From NCBI GenBank assembly GCA_965223845.1, contig CBDCXR010000004.1, positions 5,824,001 through 5,888,000 on the forward strand: DNA of 64,000 nucleotides, in the 5' to 3' direction. The position numbers were made by a program, and so were the translations under genes. The stretch is from Planctomycetota bacterium (GTDB taxonomy: Bacteria; Planctomycetota; UBA8108; SXIK01). The notes beneath the pieces are model-generated. The model saw only the letters and a program-made list of their open reading frames with translations. It was not told the DNA's origin and did no database searches. This document shows positions 10,502 to 20,214 of the stretch, piece by piece (the stretch's first letter is position 1; every line of letters begins with the position of its first letter).

Positions 10502-11938
10502 ATGTCTCCGGACGTCTTCCGCGCGCACCTGAGAGAGGTCGCCGGGGGCGTCCCGTGCGATCCCGAGATTCTTCCGGCGCCGGACTCGCCACTCGCGACC
10601 CCGTTCGTCCATCGCGATCGAACGATCGGAAACCGCTGGTGCATTCATCCGATGGAGGGCTGGGACGGAGGCGAGGACGGGACGCCGACCGAGTGGACGC
10701 GCCGGCGCTGGCGCCATTTCGGCGAGAGCGGGGCGAAGCTGATCTGGGGCGGCGAGGCGGTAGCCGTCACGTTCGATGGCCGCGCGAACCCGAATCAGCT
10801 CGTCGCCGACGAGTCTACGCTCGGCGGACTCGCCGAGTTGCGGCAGATACTTCTCGAAGCTCACGGCGAACGATTCGGATCGACCGACGATCTCCTCCTC
10901 GGGCTTCAACTCACGCACTCCGGACGCTTCGCGCGCCCGCGTACGTCCGGCCGGCCCGAGCCGCGCGTCGCCTACCGCCATCCGATTCTCGATCGACGCT
11001 TCGGCGTCGAACGCGACGAGCAAGTTCTCACGGACGGTGAGCTCGAAGGGCTCATAGAGCGCTTCGTCGCCGGCGCTCGCTTCGCCGCAGAACTCGGCTA
11101 CGACTTCGTCGACGTTAAGAACTGTCACGGCTATCTCCTCCACGAAATCCTTGGGGGCTGCACGCGTGAAGGACCGTACGGGGGGGCGCTTTCGGGAAGA
11201 ACGCGTTTCTTGCGCGAAGTGATCGAGGGCATCCGGCGAGACGCACCCGCGCTCGAGATCGGCGTTCGTCTGAGCGCATTTGATCTCGTCCCCTATCGAC
11301 CGGATCCCGCGACGTCGAGCCCCGGCGCGCTCGGAATCGGAGTTCCCGAGGAGTACGACGAAGCGGCAGGTTATCCCTACGGCTTCGGGGTCGATCGCCG
11401 GGATCCGACGAAGATCGATCTCACCGAAGCGAAGGAACTGCTCGGACTTCTCGAGAAGCTCGACGTTCGGCTCGTCAACATCTCCGGCGGAAGCCCCTAC
11501 TACAATCCCCACGCGCAGCGTCCCGCGCTCTATCCGCCGTCGGACGGGTATCTGCCGCCGGAAGATCCGCTCGCCGGTGTCGCGCGGCATCTCGCCGTTA
11601 CGCGCGAGCTGAAGCGGGCCGCACCCGGACTGGTGCTCGTCGGATCGGGCCTCTCGTATCTCCAGGATTATCTCGTCCACGTAGCGCAGGCGCTCGTTCG
11701 CGAGGAGTGGATGGACTTTGTCGGCATCGGCCGCATGGTTCTTTCGTACTGGGATCTTCCGGCCGATTCGCTCGCGCACGGCGAGTTCGATCGACGGCGC
11801 ATCTGCCGCACGTTCAGCGACTGTACGACCGCGCCGCGACACGGTCTCCGGAGCGGTTGCTATCCGCTCGACAAGGACTACTCGCGTCTTCCGGATGCGG
11901 CCGAGTTGCGGCGAGTGAAGCGGGCGGGCGGCTCCTAG
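10502..11938 (+). CDS. NADH:flavin oxidoreductase / Old Yellow Enzyme family
   Basis: NRWCIHPMEGWD, GLQLTHSGR, KNCHGYLLHE, VGIGRM and a C-terminal Cys cluster (CRTFSDC...GC). Start uncertain (10469 or 10502). Confidence 0.88.
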   Translation: MSPDVFRAHLREVAGGVPCDPEILPAPDSPLATPFVHRDRTIGNRWCIHPMEGWDGGEDGTPTEWTRRRWRHFGESGAKLIWGGEAVAVTFDGRANPNQLVADESTLGGLAELRQILLEAHGERFGSTDDLLLGLQLTHSGRFARPRTSGRPEPRVAYRHPILDRRFGVERDEQVLTDGELEGLIERFVAGARFAAELGYDFVDVKNCHGYLLHEILGGCTREGPYGGALSGRTRFLREVIEGIRRDAPALEIGVRLSAFDLVPYRPDPATSSPGALGIGVPEEYDEAAGYPYGFGVDRRDPTKIDLTEAKELLGLLEKLDVRLVNISGGSPYYNPHAQRPALYPPSDGYLPPEDPLAGVARHLAVTRELKRAAPGLVLVGSGLSYLQDYLVHVAQALVREEWMDFVGIGRMVLSYWDLPADSLAHGEFDRRRICRTFSDCTTAPRHGLRSGCYPLDKDYSRLPDAAELRRVKRAGGS

Positions 11939-11963
11939 TCCCTTGTGAGAAGATTCACGCGAG

Positions 11964-12926
11964 CTAACCTCGTGTCTTTCTTCGTCCCTCGCTCAACTCC
12001 GGAGGATTTGTGGGTTTCTTCGCTTCGGAAGACTCCGGTCGCATCGACGCGATGAGCTTTGAGGAGTAGCGCGTCGCGACGAAGCACGCGACGACGATCG
12101 CGACCGCCCCGGCGACTCCGCGGACGGTAGGATCCTCGTTCCACAGCAGAGCACCGAGAACGAACGAGAGCGCGACGCCCGAATAGTTGTAGATGATGAG
12201 GTTCCCCGCCGGCGCCTGCGCGAGTGCGTACGTGAGAAGCACTTGCCCGAGTACGGCGAAAACGCTGGTGAGGACGAGAGGGACCCACGCCGCCGCGATC
12301 GAGCCCGCGTCCGCGTAGAGGAGTGCCGGACTCGAACTGACGAGACACCAGATCGCGAACGCGACGACGATCGTCAGCGGGTGCTCCGAGTCCGTGAGCC
12401 GCTTGATGCAGACGACCGCCGCGGCGGCGAAGAGTCCCGTTCCTGTCGCAGCGATGAGTCCGAGGTCGAACTCGGTGGCCGAGGGCGAGCTCCCCGTGCC
12501 GGCCGATCCCGTCGTGATCGCCAGAACGCCGGCGAACCCCACGGCGAGTAGAACCCAGAGGAGCCCACGCGGCCTCTCGTCGAGAACGAAGATTCCGAGG
12601 ATCGGAACGAAGAGCGGCGCGGTGTTCGCGAGAACGACGACCTCGGCGAGATCCGAGCGCGAGAGCGCGTAGTAGTAGAGCTGAAGCGCGAGCGTTCCGA
12701 AGAGACACCGGAGCTGCATCAAGCCGGGCCGGCGAGCTCGGAAGGGAATCCCTCGCGCGCGCATGAAACCGCCGACGAGGACGATGATCACGACGCTCCG
12801 GGCGAATACGACGAGCGGACTGCTGACGAGCTCGCTCGCGGCTTTCGCACTCGCGGCCATGAGAGCGAAGCTGACGGACGACGCGGTCATCGCCGCTGCG
12901 CCTCGCAGTGGATGCGCTTCGCTCAC
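11964..12926 (-). CDS. DMT/EamA family transporter
   Basis: About ten hydrophobic segments in two repeats; LANTAPLFVPILG...LDERP. Confidence 0.88.
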   Translation of the reverse strand: MSEAHPLRGAAAMTASSVSFALMAASAKAASELVSSPLVVFARSVVIIVLVGGFMRARGIPFRARRPGLMQLRCLFGTLALQLYYYALSRSDLAEVVVLANTAPLFVPILGIFVLDERPRGLLWVLLAVGFAGVLAITTGSAGTGSSPSATEFDLGLIAATGTGLFAAAAVVCIKRLTDSEHPLTIVVAFAIWCLVSSSPALLYADAGSIAAAWVPLVLTSVFAVLGQVLLTYALAQAPAGNLIIYNYSGVALSFVLGALLWNEDPTVRGVAGAVAIVVACFVATRYSSKLIASMRPESSEAKKPTNPPELSEGRRKTRG

Positions 12927-12996
12927 GATTCGAGATCGTCGAGCGACGAAGTGTCGACACGCGATCCTTCGGCGACGTTCGAACGACGCCCCGCGC

Positions 12997-15015
12997 TCAC
13001 GGTCTGCTGATCCAGACGGGCGACGACCACGCCATCACGGGAAGTCCGCGCACTAGGTTCTTCTGGCGCACGCGGACGTAGTAGATCGTCTGTCCGCTCG
13101 CTCGCCGATCGCGATGCTCACCGCGAAACTCTGCGGCGTGCGGCGTCCAGCGATGCGCGACCGCGAACGCGTCGTCGCCGGCCCGGTAGCGGAGGATCTC
13201 GACCAGGACGATCTCGTCGGTCCCCACGACTGCGACTCGAATCGAGTGGTCGTCCGCTTCTTCCTCGCTCGCCGGGACGATCGATCCCATCGGGTGTCCA
13301 TCGACCGTGACCTCGAGAATGATCTTTGCCCCGGTCGTTGCGTAGGTTCTTCGCTCGTAGAGTGCGTCGAAGATGCTCTCTCGTGTCAGCTCTCTCGCGA
13401 AGGCTGCGACGAGACCGTGGTGCGCCTGACCCGGGCGCGCGCGGTGGTCATCGGTCGACGCGATCGCCGAGAGCGCGAGGCCCTCTCGGAGCGCGTCTTG
13501 GAAGTAACTCGGGTAATCGAGACTCGTCGATGGCGCGGTGAAATCGCTCTTCTCGAACGCGAGCGGGTGGTCGGGAGCGAACGTCTCGCTGAGACCGTGA
13601 CCGGAGTAGATCTCGAAGTTCCGGCGGTGCTCGGAGTTCTGCGGATAGAACGTGATGCCGCTCGGGAACTTTCCCGTGTGGTGCGGAATCGTAAGGGCTT
13701 CGCCCGCCCGGAGCGCGTGCCAGATTTCCGGGAGGCTGGTACGCCCCGGGAAGAAGAGCGGGCCCGGCCCACCGCGAAAATAGATGTTGTGGTGTCCCCA
13801 CGGTCGGCCGAGGGAGCATTCGTACGCGTGGAGCGTGACGAATTCGCCTGGCGCGTGGTGGGCGTCTGTGAGGGCGGTGTACTCGTCGTAGTTTCGGTGT
13901 GAGAGACCGGAAGACGCACCGTCCCGTCCACCGTTCATCGCGTGATCGGTCATCGCGTAGAAGTCGAGCGCCGCGACATCGCGCGCGTACTCGAACGAAC
14001 GATCGCCGACGCCGTCCCAACTGAAGTGGGTGTGCGAGTGGAGATCGCCCCAGTAAATGCGTCGTTCGGGCGTCGCCTCTCCTACGCGGGCGGGATTGCT
14101 CGTCGCGGTGAGATCGAGACCGACCGCTTCGGCGTCGATGCGGACGATTCCCGCCGCGCGGGGGAGCAGCTCGAAGCGCGCGTGACCGCCGGCGAGCGTG
14201 ATCGTCTCCCGCACGGAGATCTGACCCGATCGCCGCGCGAGACGAACGACCGCCGGCGTGGAGACGGGATTGCTCTCCTTGTCGAGAAGTGAGACGCGTC
14301 CGGAGAGCGGTTTTCCGGCGACTCCATCGGAGGAGAGATGCACGAAGAGCTCGACCGGCTTTCCCGCACGCGCGGTGAGAGTCGCACGTCGACTCGTGTG
14401 GAGGCGAAAGCGACTCGTTGCCGTCGAATCGACCGCGACGAGGATCGGCTCCGGACCCGTGCTGATCGCCGCGGCGCGATAACCGCGACTTCCGCTCGAA
14501 CGGTCGCCGTAGACGACGCGGATTTCGTCGCCTTCCTGGAGGTCGCCATCGGCAACGTGGATGCGAACGACGAATACGTAGCGTTCACTCCGGCCGTCGA
14601 GCGAGCGCTTTCGGTGCTTGACGAGCCGGTGCGCGACTTCGCGTTCGACAACGGTGACGAGGCGGACGCTCTCCCGCGACGCGCTCGCGCTCACGTAGTG
14701 ATCGTCCTTTGGGTCGGTCGCTTGGAGACGGTTCGCCGAGTTGCGCGGGCCTGCGTGCCAAGCGTCGGAAAGCTGGAGGCGGATCCCACCGCCCTGCGGG
14801 ATGCCTGGCGCACCGATAACGTACCGCACGGTCCACGTGCCGAACTCGCCGCTCACGCCGTGATCCGGATCGACGTGGAGCGAGCCCGCGCTCGTCGGCT
14901 CGGGATCGATGAGCGGCGGCGGAAGGCGCGGGCGGTCGTCGGCGCGGGCGATCGTGCCGATCAGGACGACCGCCAGCCGCGAAGCAAAGAGGAGAAGAGT
15001 CGAGGGAGTTCGCAC
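12997..15015 (-). CDS. Secreted PHP-like metallohydrolase (CehA/McbA / DUF3604-like)
   Basis: YWGDLHSHTHFSWDG, AMTDH, GHHNIY, IPHH, EIYSGHG, ASTDDH, RRTYATTG, YYVRVRQ...AWSSPVW. GTG 15015 precedes a signal-like segment; the ORF-track start at 15312 is probably too long. Confidence 0.82.
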   Translation of the reverse strand: MRTPSTLLLFASRLAVVLIGTIARADDRPRLPPPLIDPEPTSAGSLHVDPDHGVSGEFGTWTVRYVIGAPGIPQGGGIRLQLSDAWHAGPRNSANRLQATDPKDDHYVSASASRESVRLVTVVEREVAHRLVKHRKRSLDGRSERYVFVVRIHVADGDLQEGDEIRVVYGDRSSGSRGYRAAAISTGPEPILVAVDSTATSRFRLHTSRRATLTARAGKPVELFVHLSSDGVAGKPLSGRVSLLDKESNPVSTPAVVRLARRSGQISVRETITLAGGHARFELLPRAAGIVRIDAEAVGLDLTATSNPARVGEATPERRIYWGDLHSHTHFSWDGVGDRSFEYARDVAALDFYAMTDHAMNGGRDGASSGLSHRNYDEYTALTDAHHAPGEFVTLHAYECSLGRPWGHHNIYFRGGPGPLFFPGRTSLPEIWHALRAGEALTIPHHTGKFPSGITFYPQNSEHRRNFEIYSGHGLSETFAPDHPLAFEKSDFTAPSTSLDYPSYFQDALREGLALSAIASTDDHRARPGQAHHGLVAAFARELTRESIFDALYERRTYATTGAKIILEVTVDGHPMGSIVPASEEEADDHSIRVAVVGTDEIVLVEILRYRAGDDAFAVAHRWTPHAAEFRGEHRDRRASGQTIYYVRVRQKNLVRGLPVMAWSSPVWISRP

Positions 15016-15640
15016 GGGAGGTCGTCTTCCGGGTGGGGAGATTCGGCGGAAAGCTCGGATTGTACTACGTGAGTCGTCGTTCGACCCGCGGAGGCCGGAT
15101 CGTCTCCGCGCGTGCGATCCGGATGGATCTCGCTTCGAGGTCGACCTGCAACGACCCGTACTCCTGCAAACAAAACTCAAACTGGGCCAGCCGCGTCCGT
15201 GAGCTGCCAGTGCCGCCCCGATGGATCCGACCGCCGGCGCGAACGCGACGTATCCCGAAACGCGCGACCGAAACCACGGATGATGTCGACCGGGCCCTCG
15301 CGAATCCCTCATCGAAAGACGTGAGTCGATCTACGGGCCGGCTTCGCGTGCTTGGTCGCGCGGCGAACAACCGGTTCATCATCGCCGTTCGCAAAGACGT
15401 CGACGATGACGCCGCAGTTCCCGTGACCGCCGACGAAGTTCCTCGAGCCGTGCTTCTACGGGTACCGATGGCGAGGACGAACCTCACCCAATGCCACCGT
15501 CCGATCGGCGACGAGCGCGGCCGAGACGCGGGCGGGGTGAGTCGTCCGGCGGCCGAGACTCGTTCTCGACGGACTCCGGCGCGCTCCGATGCAGCTCGGC
15601 TGCCGTCGTTTACCGCCGAGGCGTCCGGTACGATGCTCTC

Positions 15641-16435
15641 ATGCCCCGAACGCTGTCCCCCACTCTCCCGGAGTGGCTCTACGAGTCCCCGATCGACGGT
15701 TCGCTCCTCGTGCTCGTTCCGGCCGGCGAGTTCGTCGCGGGGGGAAGCGAGCGTCACGAAGGCCGAAGCGGCCGCTTCCCGGTCCAACTGCCGGCGTTCT
15801 ATATCGCGCTTCACGCGGTGACGAACGCGCAGTACCGGCGTTTCCTTCGTGCGGCGGATTATCCTCCGCCGCGTCACGGGGACTTCGGTGATCACGTCTG
15901 GCGCGCGGGCGAACCCGCCGACGACGACTTCGAGGGAAAAGCGCACCACCCGGTCGTCCACGTGACTTGGCACGACGCCGCCTCGTACGCGCACTGGGCC
16001 GGGCTCCGTCTTCCGACCGAGCTCGAGTGGGAGAAGGCCGCGCGCGGGAGCGACGGCCGGCGCTTTCCGTGGGGTGAAGACTGGGATCCCGAGCGATGCC
16101 GAAACGACGAGAGTCGAAGGCGCGAGACGACGAGTGATGTGTGGAGCCATCCCAGGTCGTGCAGTCACTGGGGCTGCTACCAGATGAGCGGGAACGTTTG
16201 GGAATGGTGCGCGGACTGGTTCGCCGAGGACGCCTATCGCCGCTATGCGCGTGGTGAGCGCGCGCCGCCCGAGCGCGGCGAGGAGCGCGTTGTTCGCGGG
16301 GGATCGTGGTTCAACGCCGCGGCGGAGAGCTTCCAGGCTTGCTCGCGCTTCGGGCTCGCGCCGCTCAAGTGCGGGGATCACTACGGGTTCCGGCTCGCGC
16401 TCGATGCTGTGCGCGCTGGCCGAAGAGATGGATGA
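15641..16435 (+). CDS. FGE-sulfatase (SUMF1-like) fold protein, probably non-catalytic
   Basis: VTNAQY, HPVVHVTWHDA, RLPTELEWEKAARG, MSGNVWEWC, RVVRGGSW...GFRL. The Cys pair of true FGE after RGGS is absent. Confidence 0.88.
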   Translation: MPRTLSPTLPEWLYESPIDGSLLVLVPAGEFVAGGSERHEGRSGRFPVQLPAFYIALHAVTNAQYRRFLRAADYPPPRHGDFGDHVWRAGEPADDDFEGKAHHPVVHVTWHDAASYAHWAGLRLPTELEWEKAARGSDGRRFPWGEDWDPERCRNDESRRRETTSDVWSHPRSCSHWGCYQMSGNVWEWCADWFAEDAYRRYARGERAPPERGEERVVRGGSWFNAAAESFQACSRFGLAPLKCGDHYGFRLALDAVRAGRRDG

Positions 16436-17702
16436 GAACGGGCGTGTGAAACTCTTCAAAGAACCCGAGCTCGACCGGTGGCGCCGCGCTTTTCTCGGTG
16501 AGGGATGGCTCGGCACGTTCGGGCATTGGCTCGCCGCACGCCGGCTGCGCACTCGACTCGACCGGGCGGACGTCGTGTCCGTGCTCGTCGAGGGAACGGC
16601 GAGCTCGCGTTCGCGCGTCCGTGATCGCGCGTCCGAATTGCTGCGCGCACTTCGTGCTCCCGCCGCGATCGAAGCCGCGTGCGAGGCCGCGACCGCAGCA
16701 CCGCGGTCCCCCGTCGCGACGATTTGCATCGAGGAGCGCTTCGAGCCGCGGGACGATGAGCGCGCGAGTCTCTTTCTCTTCGTCACCGGCCAGCTCGATC
16801 GGTACTTCGAGCTCGACGAGGACTTCCGCTTTCTCCGCCCGGCGTTTGACCGCGCGAATGCGACCCTCCGGCGCGATCTCCTCCGCGTCCTTCGGAGCGG
16901 TGATCGGCGGTGTCTCGATTTCTTCACGGCGCGTAAGGCGCTCGCGGAGTGTTCCGGAGTCGAGGTCGAATCTGCGCTCCGGTCGTACTGGAAGCACAAG
17001 GACGGCGCGCGGCTCTTTCGCGCGTGCCTCGAGGTACCGCTTCGCTACGGGCTGCCGTATCTGCAGCGGCTCGCACGCGCGAACTGGGAACCGGACGAGC
17101 CGGAGGCGCGGAGCGCGTTCGCGAAGATCGCGCGCGATCTCGAAGGGCTCATTGCGCCGAGCCCGCGCGCGGAGTCCGCGGCGAGCGCGACCTTTTCGGC
17201 TTGGATCGCAGAGGGTCGAGAACGCTCGAGGTCCGCAGCGACGTCGATCGAAGAACTTCTCGCAGCGCTCGGGGATGCCGCCGAGCCCCGAACGCGCGTT
17301 GCGATCGTGGCCGAAATCGCGGAACGGGCCGAGCTCGGGAGCTTGGCGGCGAAGCGCGTCGCTGAACATCCCGACTGGATGGTTCGCCTTGCCGGGGAGA
17401 CGACTGGACTGACGCTCCGCGCAGACGTCGACGAGTCGCCCGACGAAATCTATTGGGTCCGCCGACTCGCACCGGAGTATCCGGTTCTTCAGATCGCGCC
17501 TGCGAAGGCGACGCCCGCGCTTCTCGACTCGCTCGAAGAGACGCGCCCCGAACTGTGGACGGGGCCACTCGGCGTCGCACGGCGAGTCCTTCAGACGCTC
17601 ATGGCCTACCGAGTGACGACGGGGAGCTTCGACGAGGTCGCTGTCGATGTCGGCGCGTACGACGGTGAGTTCGAGCCGATCGAGGACGGGAGCGAGAGAT
17701 GA
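16428..17702 (+). CDS. Hypothetical alpha-helical (HEAT-like) protein with acidic C-terminal tail
   Basis: Overlaps the upstream stop and the downstream Hsp70 start (translational coupling). Helical Leu/Ala/Arg/Glu pattern, LFLFVTGQLDRYFELD segment, tail FDEVAVDVGAYDGEFEPIEDGSER. Confidence 0.72.
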   Translation: MDENGRVKLFKEPELDRWRRAFLGEGWLGTFGHWLAARRLRTRLDRADVVSVLVEGTASSRSRVRDRASELLRALRAPAAIEAACEAATAAPRSPVATICIEERFEPRDDERASLFLFVTGQLDRYFELDEDFRFLRPAFDRANATLRRDLLRVLRSGDRRCLDFFTARKALAECSGVEVESALRSYWKHKDGARLFRACLEVPLRYGLPYLQRLARANWEPDEPEARSAFAKIARDLEGLIAPSPRAESAASATFSAWIAEGRERSRSAATSIEELLAALGDAAEPRTRVAIVAEIAERAELGSLAAKRVAEHPDWMVRLAGETTGLTLRADVDESPDEIYWVRRLAPEYPVLQIAPAKATPALLDSLEETRPELWTGPLGVARRVLQTLMAYRVTTGSFDEVAVDVGAYDGEFEPIEDGSER

Positions 17703-19324
17703 CGACCTCGATCGCCGTCGACTTCGGGACGAGCAGCACCGCAATCGCGCGGCGCGCCGGCGACGCGGCCCCGCGGACGATCGAGATCCCGGGGATCACG
17801 CGCGCCGTGCGGTTTCGTCGCCGGCGTGACGAGGACCCGGAGACGGCGCATCTCATCCCGTCCGTCATCCACTACGCCGATGGGAAGACGCTGATCGGTG
17901 AGCAGGTCTTCGCGGCGGGCCTCATCGATGACCGAAACACCTGGCGCTGGATGAAGCGGAGCATCGCACTCGGCGCGAACAAGCGAAAGCGCACGCCGCA
18001 AGGTGAGAAGGGCGCGGCCGACGCGGGCGAGGATTTTCTTCGGCTCGTCCTTCGGTACATCTCCGCAGACGTCGCTCTCGATAGCGAACAATTCGTGTTT
18101 ACGGCGCCCGTTGAAGCGTTCGAGGATTTTCAAGATTGGCTTCGCCGGGTCGCCGAGCGCGCCGGGATCGGGCGCGTCCGCATGCTCGACGAGCCGACGG
18201 CGAGCATCCTCGGTTACGAGGGCGCCGTGCGCGAAGAGGATCGCTTCCTCGTTTTCGACTTCGGCGGCGGAACGCTCGACGTCTCTGCCGTGCGGATCGA
18301 TCTCGACGCGAACGACGGCAAGACCGCCGTCCAGCTCGGCCAGGCGGGAAGCGAGCTCGGCGGGATGGACATCGACGGCTGGATCGCGGACGACCTCCTC
18401 GCGCGAGAGGACTTGACGGCGAGCGAGCGAAAGGACGTGCGCCCGGCGGTCCTCTCGGCGGCCGAACGAACGAAGATCGAGCTCTCCGCTCCCGGGAGCG
18501 AGACCGCGGAGCTGTCGTGTTCCGTCGCCGGGCGTGACTTTCGCATGATCTATCGGCGCTCGTGCGAGCGCTGCGCGAGCGGCGATCGTCCGGAGCCGAG
18601 TGAACGCGCTGCGCGCGAAGCCTGTCTCGGCTGTCTCTTATCCTCATCGGACTTTTCCCGGCGCGTACGCGACACCATCGACCGGGCTCTCGAGAACGCG
18701 GCGATACACTCGGGACTTCGCCGGGGCGACCTGAGCGCGGTCGTGCTCACCGGCGGAACGAGTCTCGTCCCGGCGGTGAGGCGTGTTCTCCTCGATGCCT
18801 TCGCCGACAAGGTGAGGCTCGACAGTCCGTACGACGCGGTCGTCCGCGGCGCGCTCGCGGGCTGGGTCGCGCCGCGACTCCAGCACGACTACGCGATCGA
18901 GAGCTTTAGCCGCGAGCGCGGGGAGTTCGAGTTCCGGCCGTTGTTTCGCACGGGAACACCGTACCCTTCGCCCCCGAACGCCGCGCAGTTTTGGGCGAAG
19001 GGAAGCTACGACGGCATGACGCGAATCGGCATCCTTGTCTTCGAGGTCTCGGAGATGACGGAGCGCGTGTTCGACGTCGCCCTCGTCGATGAAACGGGCG
19101 CGCTCCGCGATACGAGTCGCGTGCGAACGGACCGGCGGTACATCTGTCTAAATCGCGACAACCCGACCTTTATCGTCGCGGATCCACCGATCGATCTCGC
19201 GCGCGACGCCGAGCGGTTTCGGTGCAGCTTCGCGGTCGACGGACACCGGCGGCTTCTCGTCACAGTACGGGATGAGATGACGGGAGCGGTGCTCTTCGAG
19301 GGGCACCCGGTGGTTCGGTTGTAG
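17699..19324 (+). CDS. Divergent Hsp70-family (actin-like ATPase) protein
   Basis: IAVDFGTSST, DEPTAS, VFDFGGGTLDVS, LGGMDID, VVLTGGTSLVP. The C-terminus is short and unlike DnaK. ATGA overlap with the upstream gene. Confidence 0.88.
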   Translation: MTTSIAVDFGTSSTAIARRAGDAAPRTIEIPGITRAVRFRRRRDEDPETAHLIPSVIHYADGKTLIGEQVFAAGLIDDRNTWRWMKRSIALGANKRKRTPQGEKGAADAGEDFLRLVLRYISADVALDSEQFVFTAPVEAFEDFQDWLRRVAERAGIGRVRMLDEPTASILGYEGAVREEDRFLVFDFGGGTLDVSAVRIDLDANDGKTAVQLGQAGSELGGMDIDGWIADDLLAREDLTASERKDVRPAVLSAAERTKIELSAPGSETAELSCSVAGRDFRMIYRRSCERCASGDRPEPSERAAREACLGCLLSSSDFSRRVRDTIDRALENAAIHSGLRRGDLSAVVLTGGTSLVPAVRRVLLDAFADKVRLDSPYDAVVRGALAGWVAPRLQHDYAIESFSRERGEFEFRPLFRTGTPYPSPPNAAQFWAKGSYDGMTRIGILVFEVSEMTERVFDVALVDETGALRDTSRVRTDRRYICLNRDNPTFIVADPPIDLARDAERFRCSFAVDGHRRLLVTVRDEMTGAVLFEGHPVVRL

Positions 19325-19454
19325 GGCGAAGAGAATCGCGTACGGCGGAAGAGGCTCGGTGAAGGACGAATGGACTCCCGATGGCTCGAGTTATCGGACG
19401 CGATTCGCCTTCGAGCAGTCCAGTCCGCAAACCGGCGCCCGCTCCCGACCGACG

Positions 19455-20063
19455 ATGAGAGAAACCCCCTCGCCCCTCGCCGCGATCGGAGACCGACCCG
19501 CCATGCCCCCGCTTCCTCGTTCCGCCCGCATCTTGCGCTCGGCCGTGCTCGCCGGCGGCCTCGCGTTCCTCGTTGCTCTCGCCACGCCCGGCTGCGGCGG
19601 CTCCGCTGCCTCGGCCCCGCCGCCGTGGCTTCTCTCCGCCGAGGTCGACGGCGCGCCCAACATCGCGCCGCTTCACGTTTGGAACGTGTACCTCTACGAC
19701 AACTCGGCGGTTCCCGAAGACTTCGAGTTTCTCGGCGAAGGCATCGCGCTCGTCGGCCGGATCCCGAAGGATCTCAGCGTCGGCTACGCGGAGAACTGGG
19801 AGAAGCTCCTCGGAAAATCGCTTCCGATCTCGCGCTCGGGCGGCGATCCGCGCGCGCGGAAGGAGTCGTACATCGAGTTCACGGGTCACCGCCGCTGGGA
19901 AGTGCGCGGCGGTGAGATCCTCCCCGAGAAACTGAGCGGGTCGAAGGCGGGAAGCGAAGGTGATCGAACGCTTTCGGGTCGGCTGCGCGTACGCGTCCTC
20001 ACGCCGCTCGGGGAAAAGACGATCGAAGGAACGTTCGCGATCCAGGTTGTGAGTTGGGGCTAA
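19455..20063 (+). CDS. Hypothetical lipoprotein
   Basis: Basic N-region, hydrophobic stretch and lipobox-like LATPG-C. Start uncertain (19455 or 19503). Confidence 0.6.
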   Translation: MRETPSPLAAIGDRPAMPPLPRSARILRSAVLAGGLAFLVALATPGCGGSAASAPPPWLLSAEVDGAPNIAPLHVWNVYLYDNSAVPEDFEFLGEGIALVGRIPKDLSVGYAENWEKLLGKSLPISRSGGDPRARKESYIEFTGHRRWEVRGGEILPEKLSGSKAGSEGDRTLSGRLRVRVLTPLGEKTIEGTFAIQVVSWG

Positions 20064-20214
20064 CGAGAAAACCTCGGGGCGTCCGCGAACCCTGAGCTCG
20101 TCTCGGTACCCGTTCCCGAAACGGACGAGCTAGCGGGCTAAGTTAGCGGACCCACTCCGCGCCTCCGAGATCCACCGCCGAACCGGTTGTCGTCTCCCGC
20201 CCCCATCCCCGAGA

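Noticed and set aside
15641-16435. FGE-fold protein as sulfatase-maturing enzyme or DGR target
   Set aside because: It lacks the catalytic Cys pair after RGGS, and I saw no template repeat or reverse transcriptase in the window.
15065-16999. Long antisense or shadow ORFs (e.g. 15065..16999-, 10286..11842-, 55874..58057+, 58568..60316-, 53985..55526-)
   Set aside because: They overlap well-supported genes, are Arg/Ser/Pro-rich without motifs, and are expected in high-GC DNA.
17699-19324. Housekeeping dnaK
   Set aside because: Too short, no canonical linker, substrate-binding domain or lid, and no dnaJ or grpE nearby.
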